The notes beneath the pieces were generated by a model that saw only the letters and a list, made by a program, of their open reading frames with translations, was not told the DNA's origin and did no database searches. From positions 3,530-67,529 of the IMG/VR virus record IMGVR_UViG_3300024348_000026: DNA of 64,000 nucleotides, one strand, 5' to 3'. This DNA comes from a virus. The translations under genes were made by a program, and so were the position numbers. Below are positions 35,212-44,990 of this stretch, one piece after another (within the stretch, counting starts at the first letter, position 1; every line of letters starts with the position of its first letter).

Positions 35212-35550
35212 ATGCCAAGACACTTACAGTCCGAAATACATTCTGATTTCTCATCAAATACTGGTGTCTGGGCGAATTATAAAACTTTAATAATTGGACT
35301 TTACGACAGCTCTCAAGATCCATTAAAAACAGATTTTGATAATCACTTGATTAGGGAATATAATCGCAAAATTCATAATCTTGGTCAAAACACCAGTTTA
35401 TTTATAACACCTTTCGATGCTGGATATAGGTTTGTCGGTGAACAGATACCAGATTTAAATTATGTTTTCGTGTATACTATAGACGATCAACAAGTCTTTA
35501 CAAATACAGATGAAGCTGTTCAAGTTCCAGATAACTATGCTAACTCTTAA
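35212..35550 (+). CDS. late hypothetical protein (MPRHLQS family)
   Basis: GTGTAA-N9-ATG. Confidence 0.7.
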   Translation: MPRHLQSEIHSDFSSNTGVWANYKTLIIGLYDSSQDPLKTDFDNHLIREYNRKIHNLGQNTSLFITPFDAGYRFVGEQIPDLNYVFVYTIDDQQVFTNTDEAVQVPDNYANS

Positions 35551-35562
35551 TATTTAATAAAA

Positions 35563-36849
35563 ATGACAAAACTTACCACATCCACAGACGTATCAACTTT
35601 TTTAGCAGCAGCAAATAAACAAGCAGCCGTCGCAATCCTCGGTCTGCGTAATATTTTAACTGTGTTATCAGCTGCCGAACGCAAGAACGCTGCCACTTAC
35701 ACAGGAGCGAATTCAGCCTCGGTAGGATACACTCGTGTTTTTCAATCCGACCTTCCTGGTATTCTATGGACATTGATAGACAGTGATGTAACTCTCGACG
35801 CTTCATGGATTGGACAACCTTACACAGTCGATCCTGATGGTGACGTAATTGTAAGCATGGAGCTTGCGGATATTACAGGTACAGTTCCTGATCGGAATGT
35901 ATTAGGTGTCAGTGGAAATCAACTGCGACTAGGTGATGGAGTGACAACCAACGGAGTTGATGTATTTAATCTTCCGCCAGATCTCGGAATGAACGCATTT
36001 ACGCTGGGAATGACATCAACGGAATTTCGACTATCCGCAAAGTTCACATACACCAAGACAACTGCCCCAACAGGATCGGTAAACGTGGGTGGCGGAGCGA
36101 CTCATGTCAAGTTTCTGCGTTGGGATGGGACGTATCATACCGTTCGCAAGGCAGTCAGTGGTGATACGTCCTTCGCCGCAGCCGATTGGGGTGCAGCACC
36201 TCTCACTCCCTACAACACACGGTTGCCCAAATATGGAGCGATTTGCCCGTGCGATTCCGCAGGAAATCCTATTGGTTATCTGACCTTTTTCAGCTGTACC
36301 ACTAACGAACTTACCACTTTTTCAGGAACAGGTTTGTCATCTTTGCTCTCCCTCAACCTCTACGGCAACCAACTTACCACATTTTCAGGAGCAGGTTTGT
36401 TATCGTTGACGTCCCTCGACCTCCAAAGCAACCAACTTACCACTTTCTCAGGCACAGGCATGTCATCTTTGACCTCCCTCGGCCTCTACGGCAACCAACT
36501 TACCACATTTTCAGGAGCAGGTTTGTTATCGTTGACTTCCCTCGACCTCCAAAGCAACCAACTTACCACTTTCTCAGGCACAGGTTTGTCATCTTTGACA
36601 TGGCTCCGCACCCAAAACAACCAACTTACCAGCATCCTAGCTACTGGTTTGGATTTATCTTTCAACGTTACCTCGCTTTTCTCGGCTATTAGTAGTAATA
36701 ATTTATCTTTTGAGGCGTTGCAGGCTTTCGTGAACTCGCTGGCAGTTACCACCACTGGTAAGATAAAGTATGGCGGAAATCCTGGATCAACTGCTTTTGC
36801 GGCTTGGTTGACAACAGAGAATGATAAAGATTACATCTGGCTTAATTAG
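35563..36849 (+). CDS. leucine-rich-repeat virion/receptor-binding protein
   Basis: tail-fibre-like N-terminus; 21-aa LxxLxLxxNQLTTFSGxG repeats. Confidence 0.75.
   Translation: MTKLTTSTDVSTFLAAANKQAAVAILGLRNILTVLSAAERKNAATYTGANSASVGYTRVFQSDLPGILWTLIDSDVTLDASWIGQPYTVDPDGDVIVSMELADITGTVPDRNVLGVSGNQLRLGDGVTTNGVDVFNLPPDLGMNAFTLGMTSTEFRLSAKFTYTKTTAPTGSVNVGGGATHVKFLRWDGTYHTVRKAVSGDTSFAAADWGAAPLTPYNTRLPKYGAICPCDSAGNPIGYLTFFSCTTNELTTFSGTGLSSLLSLNLYGNQLTTFSGAGLLSLTSLDLQSNQLTTFSGTGMSSLTSLGLYGNQLTTFSGAGLLSLTSLDLQSNQLTTFSGTGLSSLTWLRTQNNQLTSILATGLDLSFNVTSLFSAISSNNLSFEALQAFVNSLAVTTTGKIKYGGNPGSTAFAAWLTTENDKDYIWLN
36304..36630 (+). repeat. 63-bp tandem LRR units (126-bp higher-order duplication)
   Basis: AACCAACTTACCAC...TCAGG repeated about five times, alternating A/B units. 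Confidence 0.9.
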
Positions 36850-36881
36850 CCATAACCATACCCTCATACCCAAAACACGCT

Positions 36882-37331
36882 ATGCCAAAATACTACAACG
36901 CTAAAGAGGACGCTGACGGAAACTACGTCTCAGCCAACCATACAAGATATACCATCATAGAAACTGACTCTGCCGATGTCTATATTCCTGTCGGAAGACA
37001 AAGTGAAATGATCTCCTATGATTCTATAGAGGATTTTTTGCCGATGATAGGATTAGAGCTCGTGGAGGTGCATACGTTTCCAGTTCCAGAACCAACAGCA
37101 GAGGAGCTGCAAGCACGGATTATTGAAGGAGCACTCGCTGCCGCTTCTGCCGTGTATGACTCCCTTCCCAAAGGCAAGCAAGCCTTGTGGGAACAAGTCA
37201 GATTGGCTGTGCATGCAGCTATACTTGCTGGCGACTTGGCAGGAGCTAGGGAAATTCTCGAAACCGTACCGATCATTTATCCAGATATGCCCGCAGACCG
37301 TGACTCATTCCTAGCTCTCTTTCCTGTATGA
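36882..37331 (+). CDS. hypothetical protein (possible fibre chaperone)
   Basis: follows the fibre-like gene. Confidence 0.55.
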   Translation: MPKYYNAKEDADGNYVSANHTRYTIIETDSADVYIPVGRQSEMISYDSIEDFLPMIGLELVEVHTFPVPEPTAEELQARIIEGALAAASAVYDSLPKGKQALWEQVRLAVHAAILAGDLAGAREILETVPIIYPDMPADRDSFLALFPV

Positions 37332-38509
37332 TGAAACTTCGCGGTGGTAACGGTCCGACAATGCGGGTGGCACAGCTATCAGACGTAGCAGGATCGGCGC
37401 AGTATAATCCTGTGAGTGTCTATCTCACTGGAGGATCTTCCTCTGCACAGACGTTGCAAGATGCCAATTTTATCACTTACACAGGCGCGACTTACTATCG
37501 GCAAGGCAATGTTGTGATCGAAGGCTTGGGAAATGCTGTAATCATCAACCTTGATCCTAGTGTAGGGACTGTCGCATCAGACGGGACAATCACCCGCTTA
37601 TCTTCTGGGATTATGCGTTTGCTTATAAAGACCTCACACCTCACCTTACCGCTTGTTTGTGATCTGACGACTGTTTCGGCTGCTCCAGAACAGCCTAATC
37701 AGTTTGTATCAACGGTTGCAGGATCACTTGCTGCACACCTTCAAGGACAAGTGGATAATCGCATTAACAACACAATGTCCATGGCAGTTAATGGCTTGGT
37801 GTTTTCCACGCAAAACCACGCCACTCAAAGCTACGTCCGCAATCCTAATCTTTGGTGTGCCGATGTAAATCTAACTTGTATCAGCCCATGGAACTCCAAC
37901 GGGGCGAACACAAAAGCAGGGACACTTATCACGCCACGCCACGCACTCAACGCAACGCACTACGAATACAACGTGGGAAATACAGTCAGGTTCGTGGCAC
38001 AGGATGGAACGGTTCACAACCGCACGATCACAGGCAAAGCGCGGCATCCTAATTATGTGCCGTATACTCCTGATCTGACCATTTACACTCTCGCCTCAAA
38101 CCTTCCTGTGGGAATCACACCGTGCAAGTTGATGCCGTCAAACTGGGCGAGCTATCTGGTGCATAATGTAAACAATCGCCCTCCCGCTCTTGGGCTTGAT
38201 CAGGAGGAAAAGGCTTTGATTATCGACTTTTACACCGATGGAGCGTTCCTTACTCCTACCGACTCGGATCGTCGCATCTTCGATGAAAGCAAGATTGGCG
38301 GTGATAGTGGCAATCCAGCGTTCCTGATTGTCAACGGCGAGCTGGTGCTCGTCACTGTTTGGACCTACGGTGGTGCGGGATCTGGCACGCCAGTTGCCAA
38401 CTTTATCGCAGACCTTAACGCTATGATTGTCACAGCGGATGCTCAAGCAGGAGTGTCCACAGGCTACACCGTAACCGAAGCGGATTTCTCCGCGTTTCCT
38501 AGCTACTAA
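37328..38509 (+). CDS. trypsin-like serine protease domain virion protein
   Basis: TLITPRHALNATHY (His), PDL (Asp), GGDSGNP (Ser). Confidence 0.75.
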   Translation: MMKLRGGNGPTMRVAQLSDVAGSAQYNPVSVYLTGGSSSAQTLQDANFITYTGATYYRQGNVVIEGLGNAVIINLDPSVGTVASDGTITRLSSGIMRLLIKTSHLTLPLVCDLTTVSAAPEQPNQFVSTVAGSLAAHLQGQVDNRINNTMSMAVNGLVFSTQNHATQSYVRNPNLWCADVNLTCISPWNSNGANTKAGTLITPRHALNATHYEYNVGNTVRFVAQDGTVHNRTITGKARHPNYVPYTPDLTIYTLASNLPVGITPCKLMPSNWASYLVHNVNNRPPALGLDQEEKALIIDFYTDGAFLTPTDSDRRIFDESKIGGDSGNPAFLIVNGELVLVTVWTYGGAGSGTPVANFIADLNAMIVTADAQAGVSTGYTVTEADFSAFPSY

Positions 38510-38650
38510 TAATAAATAACGAGCTACAACGTAGCCATATTGAGCGATACATTGGATTGCTTGACGGTTAAGGTATATCACTAATATAAAGTAGTATTAT
38601 ACTTAGTTTGGACTAAATATGTTTATTGATTCATGGTTTTTTTTTTTGCT

Positions 38651-38944
38651 TTATTTTTTATAATAATTAAAAAAACACTTCATCACTTCCATATTAATAT
38701 TTTTGAAGTGATTAGCTGGAAGCAGTTTCGTAGGAACTAATTCTCGCAACTCCTTACAATCGTATAAACTCTTACGACGAGACCAGCAAGCCGTCATAAA
38801 CACATATTGATAATAATAAAGATAAATATTCGCATTTTGGGCATATATTTCGGGGCTAGTAATATTAAATTTTTTGATTAAATTCAACGACCTTCTTTCA
38901 CAAGAATGTTCACAATGTATTTTGCTTTGTAGGTGTCGAGGCAT
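38651..38944 (-). CDS. MPRHLQS-family paralogue
   Basis: N-terminus like 35212..35550; GTGCAA-N9-ATG. Confidence 0.6.
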   Translation of the reverse strand: MPRHLQSKIHCEHSCERRSLNLIKKFNITSPEIYAQNANIYLYYYQYVFMTACWSRRKSLYDCKELRELVPTKLLPANHFKNINMEVMKCFFNYYKK

Positions 38945-39176
38945 TTAATCCTTTTGCACCAAAAAAGAACTAAATCTCTTTCAAAAAGACCGCTCTTGTA
39001 TCTTCTCCAAAAATAATCGCCTGTCCTTGGGCATGAATATCTGCCGCTTGTCTGTCGTCTTCTCTAAAAGAAATCGTCAATCCTTTTAGAAGGTGATGCG
39101 TCCCTTTAAATGAATAAATATACTTTTTGGCTTTAGGAGTTTTTTTGTCTTTTTTCATGTGTGTAAATGTTTGTTT

Positions 39177-39437
39177 TTAAGAAATAGTCATCTTGGACAG
39201 GTAGTTTAAAACAGTCTGAATGGCCATTTCCGCTTCAGAAGCGTCTCTAAGGATTTTATCTTCTGACCAACGGTGGGAGGTCGCAAATTCCTCAGTAATC
39301 ATTAGTTTTTTGGTGAAAGGATCTACCCAATGCTCGGGCGACCATCCTGCCATTTTTCTTATTGTCTCAATGGCTACTCTTTTTTGTTCGCAAGGGGACA
39401 ATTCCGCCTCGATAAAGGTTGTTGCTTTCACTTTCAT
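39177..39437 (-). CDS. hypothetical protein
   Basis: TTGACA-N17-TACATT promoter sets the start at MKVKAT. Confidence 0.65.
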   Translation of the reverse strand: MKVKATTFIEAELSPCEQKRVAIETIRKMAGWSPEHWVDPFTKKLMITEEFATSHRWSEDKILRDASEAEMAIQTVLNYLSKMTIS

Positions 39438-39478
39438 TCTTTGGAGAATGTAAACCAAAAACTTACGTTTGTCAACTT

Positions 39479-40132
39479 TTATTTGATAAATTCGCCGCAT
39501 TTTTGAGGACCATTATCATAGTAGACCTTCTGGGATTTGGGATATTCTGGAATTATTTGGTATTTTAATTTGCCGAGCATCTCTTTTTTCTGCTTTTTTG
39601 AACCAACAAAATAGAAGTATCTGTGTTTTGGCGAGGGTTTTATCTTTTCAATATTATTCTCCCTTGCCCATTCTGCGGGTTTTGTTATGCCGAACTTGTC
39701 TCTGAGGGTCATTGGGTGGGTTGGTTTCCCGTCAACCATATAAAGGCAATCGTGGGACACTGTTGGCCCTGTATATATCCAGTTTGTCGCTTGGTAAACA
39801 ATTCCGCTGTGTCCGTGGGCAGAGTCCGCATAACTCACTATGGCGCAAAATCTTTCTTTCAGCATTTTGATTGACTGACTTATCAAAAACGATGCGGCGT
39901 TATTGATTCCATTATCAACAACTAATCTAGTCAATTCGTATAGGCGAAAATCTCTGTTTTCAAAAGCGTATTTTTGAATAGGGGAAGATGGTTGGCCAAA
40001 ACAGCAAACGCCAATCAGTTTTTCTTCGCTATAAAGCCCAAATCCTTCCCAAAAAATACCTAATCTTTTTGAATAATGTTTGTTTGACACAACAAGATCT
40101 GCCGTGCGACGATCTATTGATTTAACGATCAT
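39479..40132 (-). CDS. Mom-like (GNAT) DNA adenine modification protein
   Basis: HYS, LIGVCCFG, ELTRL, ASFLIS, VSYADSAHGHSGIVYQATNWIYTG, KHRY. Confidence 0.85.
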   Translation of the reverse strand: MIVKSIDRRTADLVVSNKHYSKRLGIFWEGFGLYSEEKLIGVCCFGQPSSPIQKYAFENRDFRLYELTRLVVDNGINNAASFLISQSIKMLKERFCAIVSYADSAHGHSGIVYQATNWIYTGPTVSHDCLYMVDGKPTHPMTLRDKFGITKPAEWARENNIEKIKPSPKHRYFYFVGSKKQKKEMLGKLKYQIIPEYPKSQKVYYDNGPQKCGEFIK

Positions 40133-40400
40133 TTATAAAGACCTTTTTTGTCTATCCCTAATGAAAAATTAATTTCCCTACCCCATAAATAAATTGCAAA
40201 ACCAGAAAGCTCCCAATGTTTAGCATAGTGCTGAAAACGAAAGCGAGGCAGCCATCGAAATTTTGGACTCCCTCCGTCACAAAATACTCTAATTCGTCTG
40301 GTCCATATAATTGTCTTACAATGTAATGGGTAAGTCCAAGTTCGCTCGATAAATTCGCGAATAGGATTTTTTAATTTTAAAGTTTTTATGGATTTAAAAA

Positions 40401-40691
40401 TTAGAGATTAATTAATGTCGGAGCTAATTGTTCTAGCTCTACACTAATATTTCTGACTTCTTTAGTTTCTATTTCTTTAGAAATAAACCTTAATTCTTTT
40501 ACTTTTTTATAAAAAATAGAAAAGCATTCGTCCTGTTCGAAGGATTTTTTTAAAAATTTATCGTAAATACTGTCGGGATGGACTTCGTAACGAGTTGGAT
40601 CTACTTGTCTTTCGATTGGATCGTAATTGCTTCTGCCGATGATATAGTCAAAAATATCCTTTGAGTTGACCTTGATGGATCGTCCGTTCAT
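40401..40691 (-). CDS. hypothetical protein
   Basis: ORF. Confidence 0.65.
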   Translation of the reverse strand: MNGRSIKVNSKDIFDYIIGRSNYDPIERQVDPTRYEVHPDSIYDKFLKKSFEQDECFSIFYKKVKELRFISKEIETKEVRNISVELEQLAPTLINL

Positions 40692-40746
40692 TATTTATTT
40701 ATATTGTGCGAGGAGTTTACTCTTGAAATTTAGAAATGTCAAGATT

Positions 40747-42267
40747 TTAAATTATAATCCAGCCCGATCCAGTAGATTTAACAGTGATTGAATCGGGGCC
40801 ATTGATTGATATAGCTAATTCTTCATCAATTAATTCAGAGTTATATCCTTCTAATATTACAATACACGAATTAGACGCTTTTAATTCAAATACTTGACCA
40901 TCAATGCCAACCGCTGTTGGAAGAGCGACTGTGCATGAGGCTGTCGCATGAATAGTGTGATCGGTTAATGAAAATATTGTATTTATCGAGGTCGCCCTAT
41001 ATCTACTGCGGACTCCTCCAGAGAAAATGACTGTTGTTGAAAAGTTTTTCTCGCCTGAAATCTCTTGATTTCCAGTTAATAAAACTGCGCCACTTAATGA
41101 ATCAATGAACCCACTAGGATTTGTGATGGGATAATAATTTCCTGTAGCATTTTCAAGATCATTAATTTGTCCCTGCAAATAACCACTAGCGCCAGAAACA
41201 TAAGATTGTAAATATCCAGTTGTGGCAACAAGATCTCCGTTTGAATAAATATTTGCCGCAGATAAATTATAAATTCCTAAATCTACGTCTTTAATCGCTC
41301 CTTCGTATGGAAGGTAGTCGCTTAGTAATACATGAACTGGAACTGGCAGAAGCACTCTAACTGGCGTTGTCCCGCCAAATTGAAAATCATAAGAGGGGCT
41401 TGAGCCTCCCCTGATTTTTGTTCCATAAAATTTTAAAATAACCCTGTCGGAAGCGTCGAAAACTCCATCATTAAATACCGCAGCCGCAAAAAATTGAACA
41501 TAAAAGTCTTCTGTGACTTCTAAGGTTTCGCTGCTCATTGCTATTAATTCTTCTGTCCCGCCAGAATCTCTTTTATGAACTTCAAAATGAAAAGTAGCTT
41601 TTGAGGAAGTTGATCCCCCTGTTTTTTTAATATTTCCTATTGTCGTGATATTAAATATACCTAAATCTCCAACAAGAAGCCCTGATTCAGAAGCTAATGA
41701 CGCTATTAATTGGTCGCTTCCCGTTATTGGACCTGTGGGAATATTTAAAGCTGGATCGTCATAATTTACATCTAGCGGCGTTGTCACTAGTTTATAATAT
41801 CCGCTTATGTCAGAAGTCGCAGAGGTTGGATATAAAGTTAAAGAGGAAGCTAGATCCTCTACTTTTACATAAGATGTATTATCTAACGATCCGTCTCCTT
41901 TTATAAAATCAAAGGAAGTTCCCGATGGACGAATGATTTGTCCAGTAACCAAATTGGAGTATTCGCCAGAATTTAAATGATAATAGTTTCCGCTCTCACC
42001 TCCTTGAACTCCAAAAAGTAGATTGTGATCAATTTGGTCTGCCCCTCCTTTTAAATGAGATTCTGCATGTAAAAAATAATCATAAATATTAACATTTGGC
42101 GGATTTCCGCTCTGTTCTATAGAGACATTAATTGTGTCCCCGCTTTGTGTAATTGATAAATTGGGAAGATCTCCCGTATTATTTATAGAAATATTGGGCG
42201 TATTTCCCGAATCACTGATCGACAAATTAATACTTGGAACAATGAACGTATAAAGGATTTCGCTCAT
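40747..42267 (-). CDS. tail fibre-like protein
   Basis: HAESH..GG.D, HN.L.G.QGG..YYHL, GNQEISGEKNF, LPTA C-terminal domain. Confidence 0.75.
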   Translation of the reverse strand: MSEILYTFIVPSINLSISDSGNTPNISINNTGDLPNLSITQSGDTINVSIEQSGNPPNVNIYDYFLHAESHLKGGADQIDHNLLFGVQGGESGNYYHLNSGEYSNLVTGQIIRPSGTSFDFIKGDGSLDNTSYVKVEDLASSLTLYPTSATSDISGYYKLVTTPLDVNYDDPALNIPTGPITGSDQLIASLASESGLLVGDLGIFNITTIGNIKKTGGSTSSKATFHFEVHKRDSGGTEELIAMSSETLEVTEDFYVQFFAAAVFNDGVFDASDRVILKFYGTKIRGGSSPSYDFQFGGTTPVRVLLPVPVHVLLSDYLPYEGAIKDVDLGIYNLSAANIYSNGDLVATTGYLQSYVSGASGYLQGQINDLENATGNYYPITNPSGFIDSLSGAVLLTGNQEISGEKNFSTTVIFSGGVRSRYRATSINTIFSLTDHTIHATASCTVALPTAVGIDGQVFELKASNSCIVILEGYNSELIDEELAISINGPDSITVKSTGSGWIII

Positions 42268-42599
42268 TTTGTCTTATTTTGAATGATTGCGACTGCTCCG
42301 TAAAGCAGTTTTTTTGAACACTCGTCCTCTTGATCGAGAAAAATGTCGTAGGAGCTTGCGGCTTCCTCTAGAGCGCAAGTTTGCCCTGTAGTTAAAAAAA
42401 GGACTGCTGTTCCACTCGCGGCATTTAATATCTGAGTATTGAATACTGCTTGAAGAGAGTCGTCAAAATCTCTTCTTATTTCTCCCGTTAAGGACGCTCC
42501 TGAAAGATTATATGGAGATCCATCCCTATTTGTAAGCGTTATTCCCCAGCCAAAACAGGTTCTTTTTTCAACGGTTATATCGTATAAAGCTGCACTCAT
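42264..42599 (-). CDS. BppU-N-like baseplate/fibre adaptor
   Basis: YDITVE...PYNLSG...IR...L.LT.QT.L...YDI...LLYG. Confidence 0.7.
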   Translation of the reverse strand: MSAALYDITVEKRTCFGWGITLTNRDGSPYNLSGASLTGEIRRDFDDSLQAVFNTQILNAASGTAVLFLTTGQTCALEEAASSYDIFLDQEDECSKKLLYGAVAIIQNKTK

Positions 42600-43116
42600 C
42601 AGAAGGTTTTACACCTTCTTTGGGCTATTTCTTTTTATTTTTTAGGAGAAACTGTAAATATAGTTTCGGCCTTTTCCTCTTTGTTTTCAACACAGATCTG
42701 ATCGACTCGGCCATTCATCCTAGTGGCGCAACTTTTGGCCCACTGAAAACCTCCATCCAGCTTGTCGCTGTAAGATTGGATATAATTATTCTTGTTGTCG
42801 AAAACCCTATACATGCTTGGCTCTTTTTTCTTCATTATGTTTTTAACTTAAACTATTTCAGGCTCTTTGTCAATGCTTTTTTTAGGAAAAAACTTAATTG
42901 CCACATTGCCAGCGAGCTTGCTGTCATCGCTCATCATGCCAAAAAACAGAAGATGGTCTTCAAAAACACGGGTTTCTTTGATATCTAAGAGATATCTGTT
43001 GTCTTCTATAAAAAAGCTGTGGATGACTCCTTCGCATTTTAGAATGCAATTTTCAAAAACTCTCTCATGAAAGTCTCTTGTCGCGTCGTTTGTGCCTATA
43101 AATTTTGCCGATCCGT

Positions 43117-43578
43117 TCATTTGTTCCAAAAAATTTGTGTTTTTCCGTCTGCCTCTATTATCTCACAAGTTTTATCGTATTTCAATAAGAAATTTATGAA
43201 TTTTTGTTTTTTGTATTTTCTTTGGATTGTTGACTTAGTATATTGTTTGCTAAATTCTTTTTGAGCAAAAGATATTATTTCCCGAAAAGCTTCCATAATA
43301 ACCCTTCCTCCAAGTTTAAATTCTCCAATGGCAAACTCCAAAACCATGCAGTCTGGTTCTTGAGAAAGAAAAACAAATCCTACAAGTTTGCCCTCCTTTT
43401 TTGCTTCAAAAATTAAAGATGTATTTATAAGCGAATCAAAGTATTCTTTTATTTTAAAACGTCTAAGCTTTATTGAATTGAGTTCGCAAAAGTCATAAGG
43501 TTTCGACTGAGCGCAGAATTTAAAAAAATAATTATAAAATTCTTCATCAAGGCTAATTACCTGTTTAATTTCAATCAT
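43117..43578 (-). CDS. GNAT-like protein
   Basis: EGKLVGFV.L...LEFA.G. Confidence 0.45.
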   Translation of the reverse strand: MIEIKQVISLDEEFYNYFFKFCAQSKPYDFCELNSIKLRRFKIKEYFDSLINTSLIFEAKKEGKLVGFVFLSQEPDCMVLEFAIGEFKLGGRVIMEAFREIISFAQKEFSKQYTKSTIQRKYKKQKFINFLLKYDKTCEIIEADGKTQIFWNK

Positions 43579-43615
43579 TCTTGGATACTATATCAATAAT
43601 AGTGTAAATTCAAAC

Positions 43616-44596
43616 ATGGGTCAAGGTCAAAATAAAATTGCGAGTAGTTTGTTGGATATTCAACCGACAGCTATTCTAGAATTTTTTAGAATCTATCCCG
43701 ATACTATTGCTAAACCTGGTGTTTTTATTCCAATGCATGGAGGCTCTGTTTTTGGAAATAATGTTTTTTGGCAGGGGATTGAATATATCCCTGTTCCAAT
43801 CGAAGGCGAGGGTTTTGAGGTTAATGGAAATGGGCAATTGTCTAGACCAAAACTTAGAATTGCTAATAAAGACTATTTAATGAGCAGCCTCCTCCAAAAT
43901 AATTATGATTTTAAAAACGCTAAAATTGTAAGAAAAAGAACATTTCTTAAATATTTAGATGATGCTAATTTCGAAGGAGGCAATCCCTTTGGTTCTCAGG
44001 ATTTTACTGCTGAGATAAGTGATGAATCTTATTTAGTCGGCCAAAAACTTAGCGAAAATAAACTTTTTGTAGAGTTGGAGCTTACTTCTCCTCTTGATCT
44101 TGAAAACTTTGAAGTGACAAATCGCCAGATCTTGGCTAAATATTGTTATTGGATGTATAGAGGAAAGGGTTGTAATTATTTAAAAGGTCCAGTAGAAAAA
44201 GAGAATGGGTATAATTTCATTGATTCTGATGGTAATGCAGTCGTTCCCTTTTCGCCAACGCAAGGTTTTTTGACAGATCCTACTAATTTGTGGTCTTCTG
44301 CTAAACCTTATATCAAGGGTGATATAGCTTATTTAGAAAATCCGAAAATAATGATAAATCCTCATCCTGATGATGCAAAAATAGATCCTAACCCTAAGCC
44401 TCTTAAAACTTGGTATGTTTGCGTGGGAGTCGATCCAAAGTCTGAGAAAGCTCTCGGCAAAAACCCACAATCAGAGCCTTCTTATTGGGAGAAGGATGGC
44501 TGTAGCAAAAAGATTTCTGCTTGCAAAAAAAGATTTTCTGGAACTTTGCCTTTTGGCGGATTTCCTGGAACAGACGGATTTAATTATGGAGGTTAA
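43616..44596 (+). CDS. minor tail protein (lambda gpL-like)
   Basis: WQG.EY.P.PIE.EGFE..G.G.LSRPKL, RKRTF.KYLD..NF, C.W.YRG..C, C.K..S.CK.RF...FGGFPG. Confidence 0.9.
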   Translation: MGQGQNKIASSLLDIQPTAILEFFRIYPDTIAKPGVFIPMHGGSVFGNNVFWQGIEYIPVPIEGEGFEVNGNGQLSRPKLRIANKDYLMSSLLQNNYDFKNAKIVRKRTFLKYLDDANFEGGNPFGSQDFTAEISDESYLVGQKLSENKLFVELELTSPLDLENFEVTNRQILAKYCYWMYRGKGCNYLKGPVEKENGYNFIDSDGNAVVPFSPTQGFLTDPTNLWSSAKPYIKGDIAYLENPKIMINPHPDDAKIDPNPKPLKTWYVCVGVDPKSEKALGKNPQSEPSYWEKDGCSKKISACKKRFSGTLPFGGFPGTDGFNYGG

Positions 44597-44990
44597 TATT
44601 TTTAAAAACATTAAAGATTCCTTAAATAAGATCAAGGAATATTGTCGGATTAGCCCGACGATGGAGATTTGCGGTTTTTTGGGTTACGATGAATTCCGCA
44701 AAAAATACATAGTGCAACTTGAAAAAAACTGCTCTAACGATCCTAGAAATTTCTTTGCCATTGATGCTCTGAGATATTTACTATTTAAGCAAAAATATAC
44801 ACTAATATCTGTTTTTCATAGTCATGTCGTTGGCGATGAAAAACCTTCTGAGTTTGATATAAAAATGTCAGAAAATTGTTGTATCCCGTTTTTAGTGTAT
44901 GGATTAAACACAGATAAATTTGATATTTATCAACCCAAAAACATCGAATTCGATGTAAAGATATTGAAAAGGATTAAGGCTAATATATGA
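44586..44990 (+). CDS. JAB/MPN protein (lambda gpK N-domain-like)
   Basis: EICGF...FHSH....PSEFD; no NlpC/P60 domain. Confidence 0.85.
   Translation: MEVNIFKNIKDSLNKIKEYCRISPTMEICGFLGYDEFRKKYIVQLEKNCSNDPRNFFAIDALRYLLFKQKYTLISVFHSHVVGDEKPSEFDIKMSENCCIPFLVYGLNTDKFDIYQPKNIEFDVKILKRIKANI

Noticed and set aside
36304-36630. CRISPR array or DGR template/variable repeat
   Set aside because: The repeats are in-frame LRR units without unique spacers. The differences are not obviously adenine-restricted, and no reverse transcriptase is in the window.
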